Assembly: GCF_006345805.1 (NCBI RefSeq)
Contig: NC_043011.1
Span: 16,628,464-16,692,463 of the forward strand
Direction: 5' to 3'
Origin: Octopus sinensis
Taxonomy: Eukaryota
Length of the DNA: 64,000 bases
Shown here: piece after piece, positions 26,011 through 39,185 of the stretch
How the letters are laid out: each line of letters begins with the position of its first letter
How positions within the stretch are numbered: position 1 is the stretch's first letter
Translations under genes and position numbers: made by a program
Notes under the pieces: generated by a model
What the model was told of the DNA's origin: nothing
The model's input: only the letters and a program-made list of their open reading frames with translations
Databases searched by the model: none

Positions 26011-27011
26011 TTGAGAAGCAACCTTCTATCATAATTTTGTGTTTATCTATTTAGTTAGATAAACGTTGAACTCTCTTTATTCAGAAAGTGGTGGAGAACT
26101 AAATATTCACAAATACATTGAAGCGAGGCAAATTGCGTTAAATAGTTAATTTTAGTTTTGTACTTTCGCTCATTCTTCTTCACTATTTTATTCTCAACAT
26201 AGTAAATCATGCTACCTACTATCAGGTAAGTAGTTGCTTTCTTTCGGTAATTATTTATCTCACGTCCAAGAAGCAAGCTTGCATATTAAATGTGCACTCT
26301 CAAAGTCGATCTGTGCATCTGTCAAACTACTTATCTACCCTACTGCATATTTATTGATATATTTCTCTCCCCTACTCTTTCTCTATACAGACATTCTAGC
26401 ATACACATTCGCACACATATTTGTATGTGTGTGTGTTTGTGTGTGTGTGTGTGCGTGCGTGTGTGTGGGTGTAGTATATATAGAGAGATGCATCAGTAAA
26501 TTGGTAGAAGGGTAGATAAACAGATCGACTTTGAGTGCAAATTTTAAATGTAAGCTTGCTTCATGGAGGTGTCATGTGTGCATGTGTGGGTATGTGCGTG
26601 TCTGGATGTGTGTGTGTTGTGAATGAGCGAGTGTGTATGTGTGTATGTGTGAGCGTGTGTGTGTGTGTGTGTGTGTGTAGTGTAACAGAGAAACTACGGC
26701 AAACAAGTTAAGCAGTTTATATCATTTATTCCCTACGCACGTTTCACCATTGTGCTTATTTGCAAGCTGTGCATTGCATGTGCTTAGGTGCAATTCAATG
26801 CTGAACCACGAAAGATCTACAGTGAACATTGTGTTGCATTTTACACATATTAAATGTTTGGAATTAGATAGAAAATAAGAATCTTATAAGTATGTTAAAA
26901 GGGAAGTATATATAGAGAGAAAAAGACAATAAGAAATAACCAGGAAAAAATGAGCAAAGAAGAGAAAAAAGACAAGGGTATAGTATAAAAAATGGGGGAG
27001 ACAGAGGGACA

Positions 27012-27053
<42 letters not shown>

Positions 27054-27288
27054 AATATTATCGAATAAGAGTGATAAAGAGAAACGGAAACAATGCAAAC
27101 AGAGGGTGTTGTGTGGGTTGGAATTTTTATGTGGATGCTAAGCTGGCGGATGTATTGAAAACGGATATACACAAGCGCGACCTTCCATGTGGTGAGAAGA
27201 AAAAAATTTAAGACTGAAATAAATAGCCCAATTAAGATGTGTCTCAGTGTATGTGCCGATCTTTTATCTTTTATTTGTATATATTTTA

Positions 27289-27744
27289 GTTGTCTCAGTC
27301 ATTAGATTGTGGCAATGCTGGGGCAGAGTCTTGAAGAACTTTTAATCGAATGAATCAAACGAAGTACATTTCTTAACGCCCGGTACTTATTCCATCGTTC
27401 TCTTTAGCCGAATAGCTAAGTTACGCGGACTTAAATACAGGTATAGACCTGCTATCAAGCAGTGGTAGGGGGAAAAACACAGACTAAAAGACACACACAC
27501 ACACACACACGATCGCACATACACCACATATATATATATATATATATATATGACGGGTTTTTTTGAGTTTCCGTCTACGAAATCCCTTAACAAGAATTTG
27601 GTCGACCCGAAGCTACAATGGAAGACACTTGCCAAAGTTGCCACGCAGTGAGACTAAAACCGGAACCATGTGTTTGGGAAGCAAGCTTCTTACCACACAG
27701 TCACTCCAGCGCCCATTCTTACCACACAGCCACGCCTGTGCTTA
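27289..27744 (-). mobile_element. SINE family B with duplicated head
   Basis: The body matches 656-1012, and cttaccacacag.cac.cc occurs twice at about 27689 and 27718. Confidence 0.82.
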
Positions 27745-28111
27745 TATGTAATTCTGTGTTTAGGCCCATCGAAATATATGCATTGACCTATCGGCAGGTT
27801 TGTTGCGGCGGTATTTAAGTTTCCGTAAGTCTATTGGGTAATTTCTTTATTGCTAAATACTCTTCCTTCACGCAAAATGAAAGGTCATGAACTTTTTATA
27901 CTTTTATATTTTTATAATCAACGTTTATATTGCCTGTATTAAAAGATGTGTATAGCGGTTTTCAATGCCTTTCAAACATTCTCAAGCTTGCCATCCACCG
28001 AAAATCTATTCTGTATCAGTTTCATCTTTACGCTGTATTTTCTTTTCTTTTCCTTTTTTCCTTTGTTGTACTATCATTTTATTCCAATCATTTATGTACT
28101 CCATGTTTGTT

Positions 28112-28340
28112 ATTTCGTTACTGCCCACAAAGGGCTAAACACAGAGGGAACAAACAAGGACAGACAAATGGATTAAGTCGATTACATCGACCCCAGTGCG
28201 TAACTGGTACTTACTTAATCGACCCGAAAGGATGAAAGTCAAAGTCGACCTCGGTGGAATTTGAAATCAGAACGTAGCGGCAGACGAAATACCGCTAAGC
28301 ATTTCGCCCTGCGTGCTAACGTTTCTGCCAGCTTGCCGCC
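28112..28340 (-). mobile_element. SINE family A, full length
   Basis: Perfect 18-bp TSD atgtactccatgtttgtt at 28094-28111 and 28347-28364. Confidence 0.95.
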
Positions 28341-28586
28341 AACCTGATGTACTCCATGTTTGTTGCAATATGTTTAGGTTGCGAATGAATGGTTCTGTCA
28401 TTAGAAAAGGTTACCGAAAATTGATGAATGTTTTCATATATGGAATCATGTATTGTTGAAAGCGGCAAAGATTAAGATTTCTAAGTAAAACAACGAAAAT
28501 TGTAGAGGGCAGAACTTCAAGCAACAGTATGGATTATCAGCAGCAAGGTCTTCCAATTGCTCTACACTAATGTCATTATCTTTTAG

Positions 28587-28975
28587 AGGAGACACTGAGT
28601 GTGTCATTGGAAGTCTTGAAGTGCTACCCTAATTTAATTAGTCGTATTAAAAGCATCCTGTTAATGTCACACGAGTGCCATCAGAAAATCATGTTTAACA
28701 CCCTTTCGAGTGCCTACGTCAATTATTTATCATTCTGGCAATTATATCCTCAGAGATTGATCCACTTGAGCAACAAGCGTTTCAGAGCATCTGTGCATGG
28801 ACACGATTCTCCACAGTTATTCAGGAATGACAATGAGAATTACGTTTGCATAGGGGACAAAGATAATATTAACATTACCTCATTCCTCTCTAAAATCACC
28901 GTCATTCTCACAAAAACAGCGCTATTCGAAGATCTAAAATCCACATTTTGTGGTAGACGTCCTTCTTTCGTGTAA
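28587..28975 (+). CDS. Candidate large exon / ORF, unknown product
   Basis: Acceptor gtcattatcttttag followed by about 129 open codons (EETLSVSLEVLKCYPNL...FEDLKSTFCG). Only weak donors are present and I recognise no motif. Confidence 0.3.
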
Positions 28976-28992
28976 TTGTGAATTATTGTATA

Positions 28993-29409
28993 CAGTAATC
29001 GCTCGCCATAACGCGGTTCACTTATCGCGGCTCACCTATCGCGATTCACCTATTACGGCTTATTATTTAAGCCTACTTCGATTCCTCCGTGGTGTTGTTT
29101 TACATTTATAATAAAATAAATTTATACAAATTATAAAAATAACTTTAAAAATATTCGGTACAGCACTGTTTCTACTTCGCGGATTTTCATTTATCGCGGC
29201 TCACCTATCGCGATTCACCTATTGCGGCTTATTATTTAAGCCTACGTCGATACCACCGTGGTGTTGTTTTACATTTATAATAAAATAACTATATACAAAT
29301 TATGAAAATAAAAAAAAATATTCAGTACAGCACTGTTTCTACTTCGCGGATTTTCACCTATCGCGTGGGGTTTGGGAACATAGCACCCACGACAGTCGAG
29401 GAATTACTG
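28993..29409. mobile_element. pogo/Tigger-type MITE with an internal ~169-bp tandem duplication
   Basis: TIRs cagtaatcgctcg / cgaggaattactg with TA TSDs. Repeat units start at 29022 and 29191. Confidence 0.85.
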
Positions 29410-30096
29410 TAGAAGTAGATAATCAATATGATATTCTAGTGTCCCGATTGAGCATTGCAGAGTAGCACTCAGTAAGGCTTCAGACAAGCTGAGGGCCACA
29501 AAAGTTGTTGATCACAACGAAGGTGATATCAATTGCAAGGTACTTACAAAACGTCTGGCCGTATAGCATAAACAAATGTACCTGATATTATTGTGAAAGT
29601 ATATACTATATCTGAGACAAAGCCACCAATAACATATAAACTGTATCCGTCAGACGCAATCCCTAAAACTAGCAAAACTTCACACTGTAGTCTCAAAAGC
29701 CCGTATTCGCACAGTGTACTGAATTTTCCCTCTAATATTCAATGGTTTGTGTACTTGTAAACTAGTAAGCTTCGTACTTTTCCACGTATAATTATTTTCT
29801 CTGCATGAGTATTTGTCCTTCATGTTTCAAAATCCGTGTGAAATATTTCGTACATGCAGCGCAATTATTGCTCCATCTTAACATCAACATATCTGACATT
29901 TCCTTCGGTGATTCAGTTAATAATCAACTGCATCGACCTTGTCAATTAGTGGAGTTTAGACTATGATAATGAATCGGCAATGGTAGAAAAAATATAAAGC
30001 GCTAAGTCTAATGTCATTCACAGTTTAACTAACTCATTTAACTTCTAAGTTAATTGAGTTGGTTACTACTATTCATTAGTTACCAACATAATGAGT

Positions 30097-30392
30097 GTGG
30101 AGGCACATGGCCAAGTGGTTAGAGCAGCGGACTCGCGGTCGAGGAATCGCGGGTTCGAATCTCAGACCGGGCGATGTGTGTGTTTATGAGCGAAAACACC
30201 TAAGCTCCGGCAGAAGGTAATGGCGAACTTCTGCTGACTCTTTCGCCACAACTTTCTCTCATTCTTTCCTCCTGCATCTTGCGGCTTACCTGCGACGGAC
30301 CGGCGTCTCATCCAGGTGGGGACTCTATACGCCAAGAAACCCGGACACCGGCCCTTATGAGCCAGGCATGGCTCGAGAAAGAACAAACAACA
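30097..30392 (+). mobile_element. SINE family C' (family C head, different tail)
   Basis: 12-bp TSD aacataatgagt at 30085-30096 and 30393-30404. Homologous to 61102-61417. Confidence 0.92.
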
Positions 30393-33014
30393 AACATAAT
30401 GAGTCATGTGCTGAAAATTAAGCGGGTAATCCATCCGCCCCCTACAAATTTGGTTATTTGCTTCAGTGTTATTAATCCTCAAATTTCACAACGAACTATG
30501 TTGATTCAACATATGTGGCATATTCATGAGACGCTTTTGTATATGAGATCAATGCATAGTTTTAGTTATAGAAATGGTGAAACAACTCTTCTTTAGTTTT
30601 AAGACAAACATAATGTTTGAATCTGCTTTTGTCTTAATTTTATGGACAGGTAAAGTCAATGGAACTTAGGAACTGTAGAGGACAAAAAAATATTTGTTAT
30701 GATCCCAATTGGTTGTTATTTTACGTTCTGACTTCTAATCCTTGGCTGAGGTCGATAAAATAATAACAGTCAGGTACTAGGAGTGATTTACTTTACAGCA
30801 TCCATCGCAAAACTTATTCTCAATGGTACCTGCAATTTCATTCCAACGATCAAGTTTACAACAGCTACTGCAATAATTCCGCAAGAATTTTTATTCTTTA
30901 ATTTCAATTTTTGCTCCTTTGAAATTCTCAGAATATTTTCATGCAATGCTATTAACAGAAAGTGTTATCATCCAATCATTACAATTATTTTTTTTTTTCG
31001 AATATTTCAGGTTATCTGAACATAAAATATCAAACTTAACACTTTGATGAGTGTTCAGTTCAATTTAAGCGCCACTAATCTTAGAAGTTAACATCTTTTG
31101 TTATCGGCATTAATTTGAAAGATTTTATTGTTAAGGCGAGTTTGAATTGCGCTTCAAGAAGTTAAATCTTGTGAAGTCATTTCTATGATCAACTGTAGCA
31201 TTTAGTACATGTTACACAATTCATATTTTACATAACAATTTTTTCAATATTGCGCAAATGCACGTTTTCTATTCAGAAATTTCAATTTCTTATTGAAATT
31301 TTATATTCATCAAGCTTTTCTCTGCTTTCGTTGTTTGATTAATGAGAGATGTTTATGTGCGCGCAATAACTAGTTGAATTTAACTAAAATGGGTACATTC
31401 AAAGGTTAAAAAGAATTCTTTTTAATATTAATATGTTTGAAAGAATTCATCATAAAAACTGAAGTTTTAGATTGAAGAAGTGGAATTTTCATAGGGACGT
31501 ATTGATCGGATTCCGTAGTTTAATACTTTGCATTTAAACTACTACCATAATATTAGAGGGTTAAGAAATGCTTCTTATAAATTGTTGAATTTAGAAAACA
31601 CATACACATTTAGAACATTAAAAGCTTTAGGATCACGCTTTTGTCATTTAGCTTTGAAATATATATATTTTGCTGTTTGAGGCTAAGGTCGAAAGTTTAA
31701 GCGTAATTCTTTTGTTTAATTTTTTCTTACAACTTTGTTTAAATCATCGAAATACGTTCGTGGAAAATGTCATCCTGAATACTTATTATAGCAGGGTTGT
31801 TTAATCTGATTTCTCACGAACTATTTTTGTTCATCGTATATATTTTCGAGTTTAGAAAATTAATATGTACAACAGCAGTTTCTGACAGTATCTGATAGAC
31901 TCGTAGCAATTTCTACACTTGCAGCAGGAGCTTCATGAGGCTGTCTTTATTAGGCTGTCAAAACGAAGCACTTCTATAATGTGATTTCTGGTTTTTGTTT
32001 GTGTTTTTAGCAACATCAACAGCTAAATGAATTTTTTAAATGCCTTAAGTTACAAGTAAGCACTCATTTTTATTCTTATTATGTGTCACTAATAGACTAA
32101 GTAATCTAATCGTATCACACTGATTCTATTATGTTCTAAGTATTTCCTACAATTTAAAAACAGTATAAATTCACAATGCCCAGAAATGTTTCAATTTTAA
32201 CTCTTTGCAAAAGGTGTGAATTTCAACATGAATGTCCATAGAACAAAAAATAAATTTTAAATCACATTAGCGATTTTAATTTTACATGAAATGTCTTCAA
32301 AACTTTGCCCTTACCACGCTCAATGAAAATTATTTGTTGAAATTTACAGAATGCTTGAAATAGTATATACTATCCATTTTATACATTCGTGCCTCGATTT
32401 AGTTTAAAACTCGTTCACTAATAAACATGATGATCTCTTAATAGAGCTAACGTTGATAAATTCACCTAAGGCCGTATAGATTGAACATACATTTCTACAG
32501 ATTGAGCTTGATTGGAATATTTAGTAGTTAGTTTTCGAAAACTGAGAAAATAGTTATCTCTGTTTTCATTTTGTTGGCCCAAAATATTGATGGCATGCAA
32601 CAATGAAGATAGAACAGATTTTTATAATTGAGTGGTAGATAGACGCTCATATTAGGAGAAGAAGACTGACATGGTCACAATCTATACTGCTGTAGAAAGT
32701 AATATTTTTAGTTTCAATGGCGACATTTAGGATGTTATCAGATCATTGTTGTTTATCATATAAAAATGAATCATGAAATCTAGAAGATTGGAAGACTTTG
32801 TTCTCAGCAGTCAGAAGCTGGAGATAATCTACAAAAGTTACCAAAAGTTTGCTCTCTAATTGGCATCAAGAGTACCGATCGTTTCTTGAGGAAGAAGACA
32901 CAGTGTAGTATACTGGATTAAATTGTCTTACACTGAAAAATAATGAAGCCTTTATTGAATGCCGGTTTTGTTTCGGAAGCAGATTGTTTAAATATGATAA
33001 AACACTGTCTAAAG

Positions 33015-33248
33015 CAGTGTTTCTAAACTGGAGTCCATATGGCCCTTGGGGGTTCAAATAAAATATTGTTGGTAAAATTTATCGGCAATAAATTGATTAC
33101 AATACATAAAATATTTCAATAATTATTTTTATACAATTCCTGATATTTAAATATAAAAAAAAATTTAAATGCTGTTTAAAATTGGATGGATGGGAGGTTC
33201 CACTCGAGTAAAATAGGAATCAAAGAGGTCCATATGTCAGAAACACTG
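33015..33248. mobile_element. hAT (Charlie-type) MITE
   Basis: TIR cagtgtttct / agaaacactg. The 8-bp flanks gtctaaag / ctctagag match the NTCTAGAN preference. Confidence 0.75.
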
Positions 33249-33629
33249 CTCTAGAGTATGCATTCTGTTGGGTTTTAGTTGTAAAGATGCATATATAGCA
33301 TCTGACATAATATTAGAAATGTCCTTGCGCTTAACTTGCTTCTGGTTGAAAATAGCCGCTACACAATTTAATTAGCCAACACCCAGAGACTAGATTCAGA
33401 GTTATTGCTCTTTATCAGTCTGAAATAGCTTGGCTTGCCATATTAAGTTGGCAATAAACCATCACTCTATCGTGCTGTTACTGTATAAGACTCTCTGAGA
33501 GATTTAGAAATGCACTATTTCTAATTTAGTAGATCACTGAATTTATTTCACTTGAAATTCAAAGTTTTCAAAGGCGAATAAGCATCGACAGCTAGCAAGC
33601 CACACCCTTTTGTTGTTTTTGAAGAATTC

Positions 33630-34660
33630 TAAGCGAAATTTTTTGTGCGAAGCCACCATCGTTGGGTGGTAATGGATAATGGGAAAACTGAAAAGTTAAG
33701 CGGAATTCGAGTTCCCCTAGACCCACATGTGGTGAAGCCGGAGTTGATGGAGTGGAATGAGGAAAAGACAAGCAAATATTATGGTATGATAAAGAAAGAA
33801 GGGTCAAATATAAAAATGACCCTGCCAGAGGAGGAAAAAAGAAAAATGGAAAACATGACGGTCATATTCAGAACATTTTCGAATGTAAATAAGAGAATAG
33901 AACACGCGCCGCAGGAAGAGATAGAGGAAATCTTGGAGGAACAAATAGGAGAAAGGATAATGTTCTTTACAAGAGGAAGGAAATAAGCGACTATAGTAGT
34001 AACCTTTGTATCAGAAGAGGAGGCGAAAATAACTGACAACATGCTCTTAAAGGGGAAAAATGGATTTTGATGCCACACTGTTTGGGCAAAAGAATCGTGA
34101 GGGTTTGGATGGGATAGACCCAGAATTGGTAATAACCTCAATTTTTAATTCAGAGCTGAGGAAGGAGACAACCTGAGGATTGGAATGATAAGCCGGACAT
34201 AACAAGTGAAATGTGGGGCTATGGTCTAGAAATAATCTGTGCAGTGAGCCCGAAATATTACGACAAAATGGCGGAAACTTTGGATTTACCAAATGGAGAA
34301 AAGCTGGAAATATTGTTGGAAGGGAGACCACAAAGTGTTACGGATTAGGTTAAAGAGGAGGGCATTTGAGAAGGAAATGCCCTAGAGCAGCAGTGGAAAT
34401 GGTAGAGGAGAGTGTTCAGGAAGATATAATGGCAGAAAAAAAAAGCAGAAACAGAAAACAGAACATGATGAGAATTTTGTAGGGGTGAAACCCAGGAAAA
34501 GAGAAAGAAGGAAGTCGCCGCCGTCAGTGGAATTGAAGAAGTGTAAAGCAATAGAAAAGGAAACCCAACCCACATCGTGAAATGGAGAAACTTTACCAGT
34601 AGAATTACCAGTAAAGGACTTACAAATACAGAGTCATTCTGACCAGAAACAAGACAACTG
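33630..34660 (+). mobile_element. Degenerate non-LTR retrotransposon ORF1 (gag-like)
   Basis: Purine-rich broken frames give VVTFVSEEEAK and ...EGRP..CY...GHLRRKCP, a CCHC zinc-knuckle remnant. Confidence 0.5.
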
Positions 34661-34792
34661 AGAATTACGGAAACCTAAAGACATAGACACACAGACGAAA
34701 CACGTAGAATTTCACTCAAACGAACACACAGACACACAGATGCAATCACAAGAAATTCAAAAACAGCAGAAATATAGAGATAAAAAGGGAAT

Positions 34793-35052
34793 GCTCCCAG
34801 TGACTTTTGGCTGTTCCCCAAGTTGAAGGAGAACTTCAGGTTAAGTGGTATGAAAATGAAGGAGGCTCTGACAAGGGTCCTGAACATTTTCATTCTGGAG
34901 GACTTTCATGAGGCCTTCACGTAGTGACGCAAGTGCAACGGCATTGTATTAGAGTAGAGGTTCCTATCCTAATTTCAAGGAGGTTAGAGTTTTGTGATTC
35001 TTTGAAATGAATATCTCTCCCGAAAAGTTTGAATACATTTGAACTGCACCTT
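34793..35052 (+). mobile_element. Mariner 3' remnant
   Basis: APSDFWLFPKLKENFR...MKEALTRVLNIFILEDFHEAFT, followed by a decayed TIR-like end. Confidence 0.7.
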
Positions 35053-35867
35053 TTACCATTGATCATGAGGTTCTGCTCTTAGTAGCTCAACAAAAGCCAG
35101 TCGCATATAGTTGGGCTTTTCCTGTGTTCATCCTTTAGATTGTTTTCAACATACGTTTTTATTTTTGTAAGTATTAGTGAATTGCACGCATATGAACAAT
35201 TTACAGCTTGCACTAAAACGCCTTCACACACAGACACACAGACACACACAAAGACACACAAAGACACACACACATACACACACGCACATGCATAGGCTAA
35301 CACTCAAACGTACTCATACAGATCATTGCCTCGGTTTTTAGTTATTCTAACAACTATCATTTATGATGTTATCGCGTGAAAAACATTGTGAAATAAATAG
35401 TCAAGCAAGAACATAAGTGCAATTAGTAAACAAAAAAGTCATATATATGAAATGGAATGTTGGCAGTAGCAGAATAGATAATATTCTGCTATCGATATTA
35501 TTCTTGTATTAGATAATATTCTTTGTGGACAACATCAGAAATTGAATGGTATAAAAGATATAAAAGAGGTTACTGAAATTGGTTTTAATAATGGACACAT
35601 GCAACAATTCTATATCGCATAAGGTTTTCTGCATGGCCCGTGATTGGAATTTAGATAACAAAATATATTCATGCTTACAGAAATGTGAAATACTGAAGAA
35701 TTGGTTGACAAAACCAAATGATCGAATTCAGCAATGCAGTTTAATGTTACACTTCTTACTAGACATGTTTAGTTCAAGAACTAATTTTATGCAATAGCTG
35801 TCCTAACAAACATCTAATACAAACACGAAGTCCTTTGTGAGCCGGCTATCTATCTGCGGCTTTATAT

Positions 35868-36473
35868 AGTTATGGTACGACCTCACCTGGGATTTGCATC
35901 ACCGGTCTGGAACCCCTATCTTGCCCAGGATATTAATCGTCTGGAAACCGTTCAGTGACGTGCAACCAAAAGAATACCCTCCACCAAGCATTTGCCATAT
36001 CCTCAACGCCTTACTTCCCTGGGCATGGACACATTAAAACTTCGACGACTGGCAGCTGACTTGGCAGAAACCCATACAATTATTAACCATCTTACAAACA
36101 ATAACTCTGAGCACCTTTTCAAACTCCACCTGTCTAACACCCATGGACATATTTACAAAGTCAGAAAACAGCACAGCTCCCATGACTTTCGGAAACATTT
36201 TTTCACGCTAAGAGTTGCTGAAGCATGGGAACAAACTGCCGGCATCAGTTGTTAGTTCAAAACTTCCATGTTCCTTCAAAACTTCCATGGTTTCTGAGAT
36301 TCGCCAACACTACACCTGATTTTCTCCCCTCCATACACACGCACGCATGTATCTGACTCATACACTGTTTGCTTTCCAGACACTTGTACATTACTGCATA
36401 CACTTTATACGCACTTTCTGACAAGTTGTGGTGCACCTGAGCACTGTATACAATAATTTCATTATTATTATTA
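35868..36473 (+). mobile_element. CR1-type LINE 3' end
   Basis: VRPHLGFASPVWNPYL..DINRLETVQ*RATKRIP...LRRLAADL...FFTLRVAEAW with an (ATT)n tail. Confidence 0.9.
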
Positions 36474-36523
36474 TACGTAAAAAATAATCACGAAAAATAT
36501 AACATCGGTTTACTACTCCATTA

Positions 36524-36727
36524 ATATTGGTTTCAAATTTCGGCACAAGGCCAATAACTTAGCGGCAAAGGGTAAGTCGATTGCATGGATCCCAGTGCCC
36601 AACTGGTTCTTATTCTGTCGACTCCGAAATTATGACCCCGGCTGAATTTTAACTCAGAACGTAAAGACGGACGAAGTGCCGTTAAGCATTTCACGCGGCG
36701 TGCGAACGATTCTGCCAGCTCGCTGCC
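36524..36727 (-). mobile_element. Family A SINE (alternative tail)
   Basis: ttggtttcaaattt.ggcacaaggcc tail and gattctgccagctcgc head. Confidence 0.85.
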
Positions 36728-36811
36728 TTTACCGCTCCTTCAATGTTGATTTCTTAAAATAATGGATGGATACAGAGAATTATATTGTCTCCAGTTCGAG
36801 CTGGGTACAGA

Positions 36812-37041
36812 GGCGGCGAGCTGGCAGAAACGTTAGCACACTGGGCGAAATGCGTAGCCGTATTTCGTCTGCCGTCACGTTCTGAGTTCAAATTCCGCCG
36901 CGGTCAACTTTGCCTTTCATCCTTTCGGGGTCGATAAATTAAGTACCAGTTACGCACTGGGGTCGATGTAATCAACTTAATCCCTTTGTCTGTCCTTGTT
37001 TGTCCTCTCTATGTTTAGCCCCTTGTGGGCAATAAAGAAAT
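36812..37041 (+). mobile_element. SINE family A, full length
   Basis: Near consensus. tatattgtct is duplicated at 36781-36790 and 37043-37052. Confidence 0.93.
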
Positions 37042-38817
37042 ATATATTGTCTTTCATTTTATCAACAGCAAAATTATAAATACCTCGGTAGCATTTGAAC
37101 TCGGAACAAATTATCGATGATTATTTAATTTGAGCGCTTTTAATTGCGGCCATATACTACCATTTAGCCATTGTTTTGTCCTTTATGAAGGACTTAAACT
37201 TCATGATCAATAACAGTCATCCACATCAACCACCATTACTCTTCTTAAAATTATCTGTGTAAAATTTATCTGTGTATGTGTGTATATGTGCGTTTGTGTT
37301 TGTATGTATGCTACTTATTTATGTATGTATTAGTGCTATTCTTAGTAGATCAGGTGAATAGCTAAGGGAAAGTATCTCATCATTTCCACCTAAATGTATT
37401 ATTGTTAAACTTTTAGTCTGTTTCCCACTCTCTACATATTTTTGCGCTCATCTCTTTCTACATCGTTGATGATACGAGTGTAATATGTTGCAGAATTCCT
37501 GATAGTCTGATAAAATGATATATACATGAACGGTTTATGCAGTAGGAATTTTATTTTCTTTTACAGAGAAAATTTATTTAAAAATATATCATAAAGACTC
37601 CATTTCCTAGGTTTTCAAATTGACAAATTCATCGCCTTAGGCAAAAATATGTTTAGATTCCGTAAACAGTGAATTGTAAAAGCCGGTTGTTCCACCATGA
37701 AATTCAGCTTTTAGCATTAAAGTTTGGATATATTTTGGCTTTAAATAAATGCAATGTATGTTAAACACTTTTGAGGGCAATTTACCTTGTATGCGAATGA
37801 CATTCTGTTATAATCGACACTTCAGTATACCAATAAACAGACATAGCTTGTATATATTCTCGAACATATATATTGTAATGAATGCAATTTGCTTGCTATA
37901 CTGAATAAGATAGCCATATTGGATATTTATTATTAGTAGTAATTAGGAACTGGAAACTTCATGATTTTTGGACAAAACACAATATAATAATAAGTCAATG
38001 TCATAACCGAAAACCAGCGTAACAACGGACAAATTTATACAAAGTACACTAACAGGAAATGGCAGTTGTATTAAAAGGTTATAAGTGCACATGAAGCAAT
38101 TAGTTACTTGGCACAAAGCTGTACTGTAAGTCTGAGTTTTTATTGACTATCACTCTATCATATTCACATAATTCTGTCATATACAGAAGAGTAGAATGAC
38201 AAGGAATAATTCAAAATACATAAATGATAATATAATTGCTTTTACCAAAATATCTTATATATCAATTTATATATGCTGGTTCTCTCCTGATACCCTAAAT
38301 TATGGCATGATTTGCCTAAGCAAAATAACTATTTGTGAATCCCCAGTGTTGAATGTGGATATATTTTAATAGCTTACGCCTAGAAATACCAATTATATCA
38401 CTGTTCCCATTTTAGTTCAAGCTACAGAGCAAAACGACCACCGAGTTTCTGTCAATGTTAATTAAGAGTGAGACGAGTCAGTTTTTACAGCAAACACCTA
38501 CTTTCAATACATTCTTACAAAAGATCTTCCAAATATTTGGTAGACTACTTTCTGTCTTATAATTATGCATTATCTTGACGTTCAGTTATAATTATGTTTT
38601 ATCTAAAATTAATTCTCAGACAGTATTTCCGGATTTGAAAATCTTATTAGTGGGTATTTCAAGTGCGTGCGTGAGAGTGTGCTTCTGCCTCTACGCGCAC
38701 GCGCATTTGCTTGCATGCGTTTTAGGAGATATTCTATGCTGATGGGAATGTAGTCGTAGGGTACAAGAAGTTACTCCAAGACATTCATCTTTCCTGATAC
38801 ATTCGTTTCACTCTCAG

Positions 38818-38921
38818 AGTTGGAAATTAAAGATATATCGCCAGAATGGGCAAAATTTTAATGAAGGTAAACAGAGAAAAAGATGGAGAGCGTTCACTCC
38901 TTCCTCGACTCACTGTTTCAG
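38818..38921 (+). CDS. Candidate exon of an unidentified plus-strand gene
   Basis: Acceptor ttcgtttcactctcag, donor CAG|gtaagc, phase 0-2. Encodes SWKLKIYRQNGQNFNEGKQRKRWRAFTPSSTHCF. Confidence 0.5.
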
Positions 38922-39025
38922 GTAAGCAATCTTGTCTATATTAAGAATGTAATTTTGCTTGGGTGTATGATTGTATAACTCAGAGAGATTTTACGTCAAT
39001 TTCAATATTTATTTTATTCTTTAAG

Positions 39026-39185
39026 ACTCAGGCTTGTAGCACCAGATTTATTACTTAATACTACAAATATTTCTGAGCAAATGGTAATCCAGCAAGTTAG
39101 TGATGAGTCAATACAAAATCGATTAACCTTCAGTTACCCATTTGTAAATTGCAGAACAAATTCAATACCCATTCCAAAACTTAAG
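39026..39185 (+). CDS. Candidate exon of an unidentified plus-strand gene
   Basis: Acceptor atttattttattctttaag, donor AAG|gtaagc, phase 2-0, in frame with 38921 across a 104-bp intron. Encodes RLRLVAPDLLLNTTNISEQMVIQQVSDESIQNRLTFSYPFVNCRTNSIPIPKLK. Confidence 0.55.

Noticed and set aside
28993-29409. Repeated units resembling a CRISPR array
   Set aside because: There are only two long units inside MITE TIRs, with no spacers, in a eukaryotic context.
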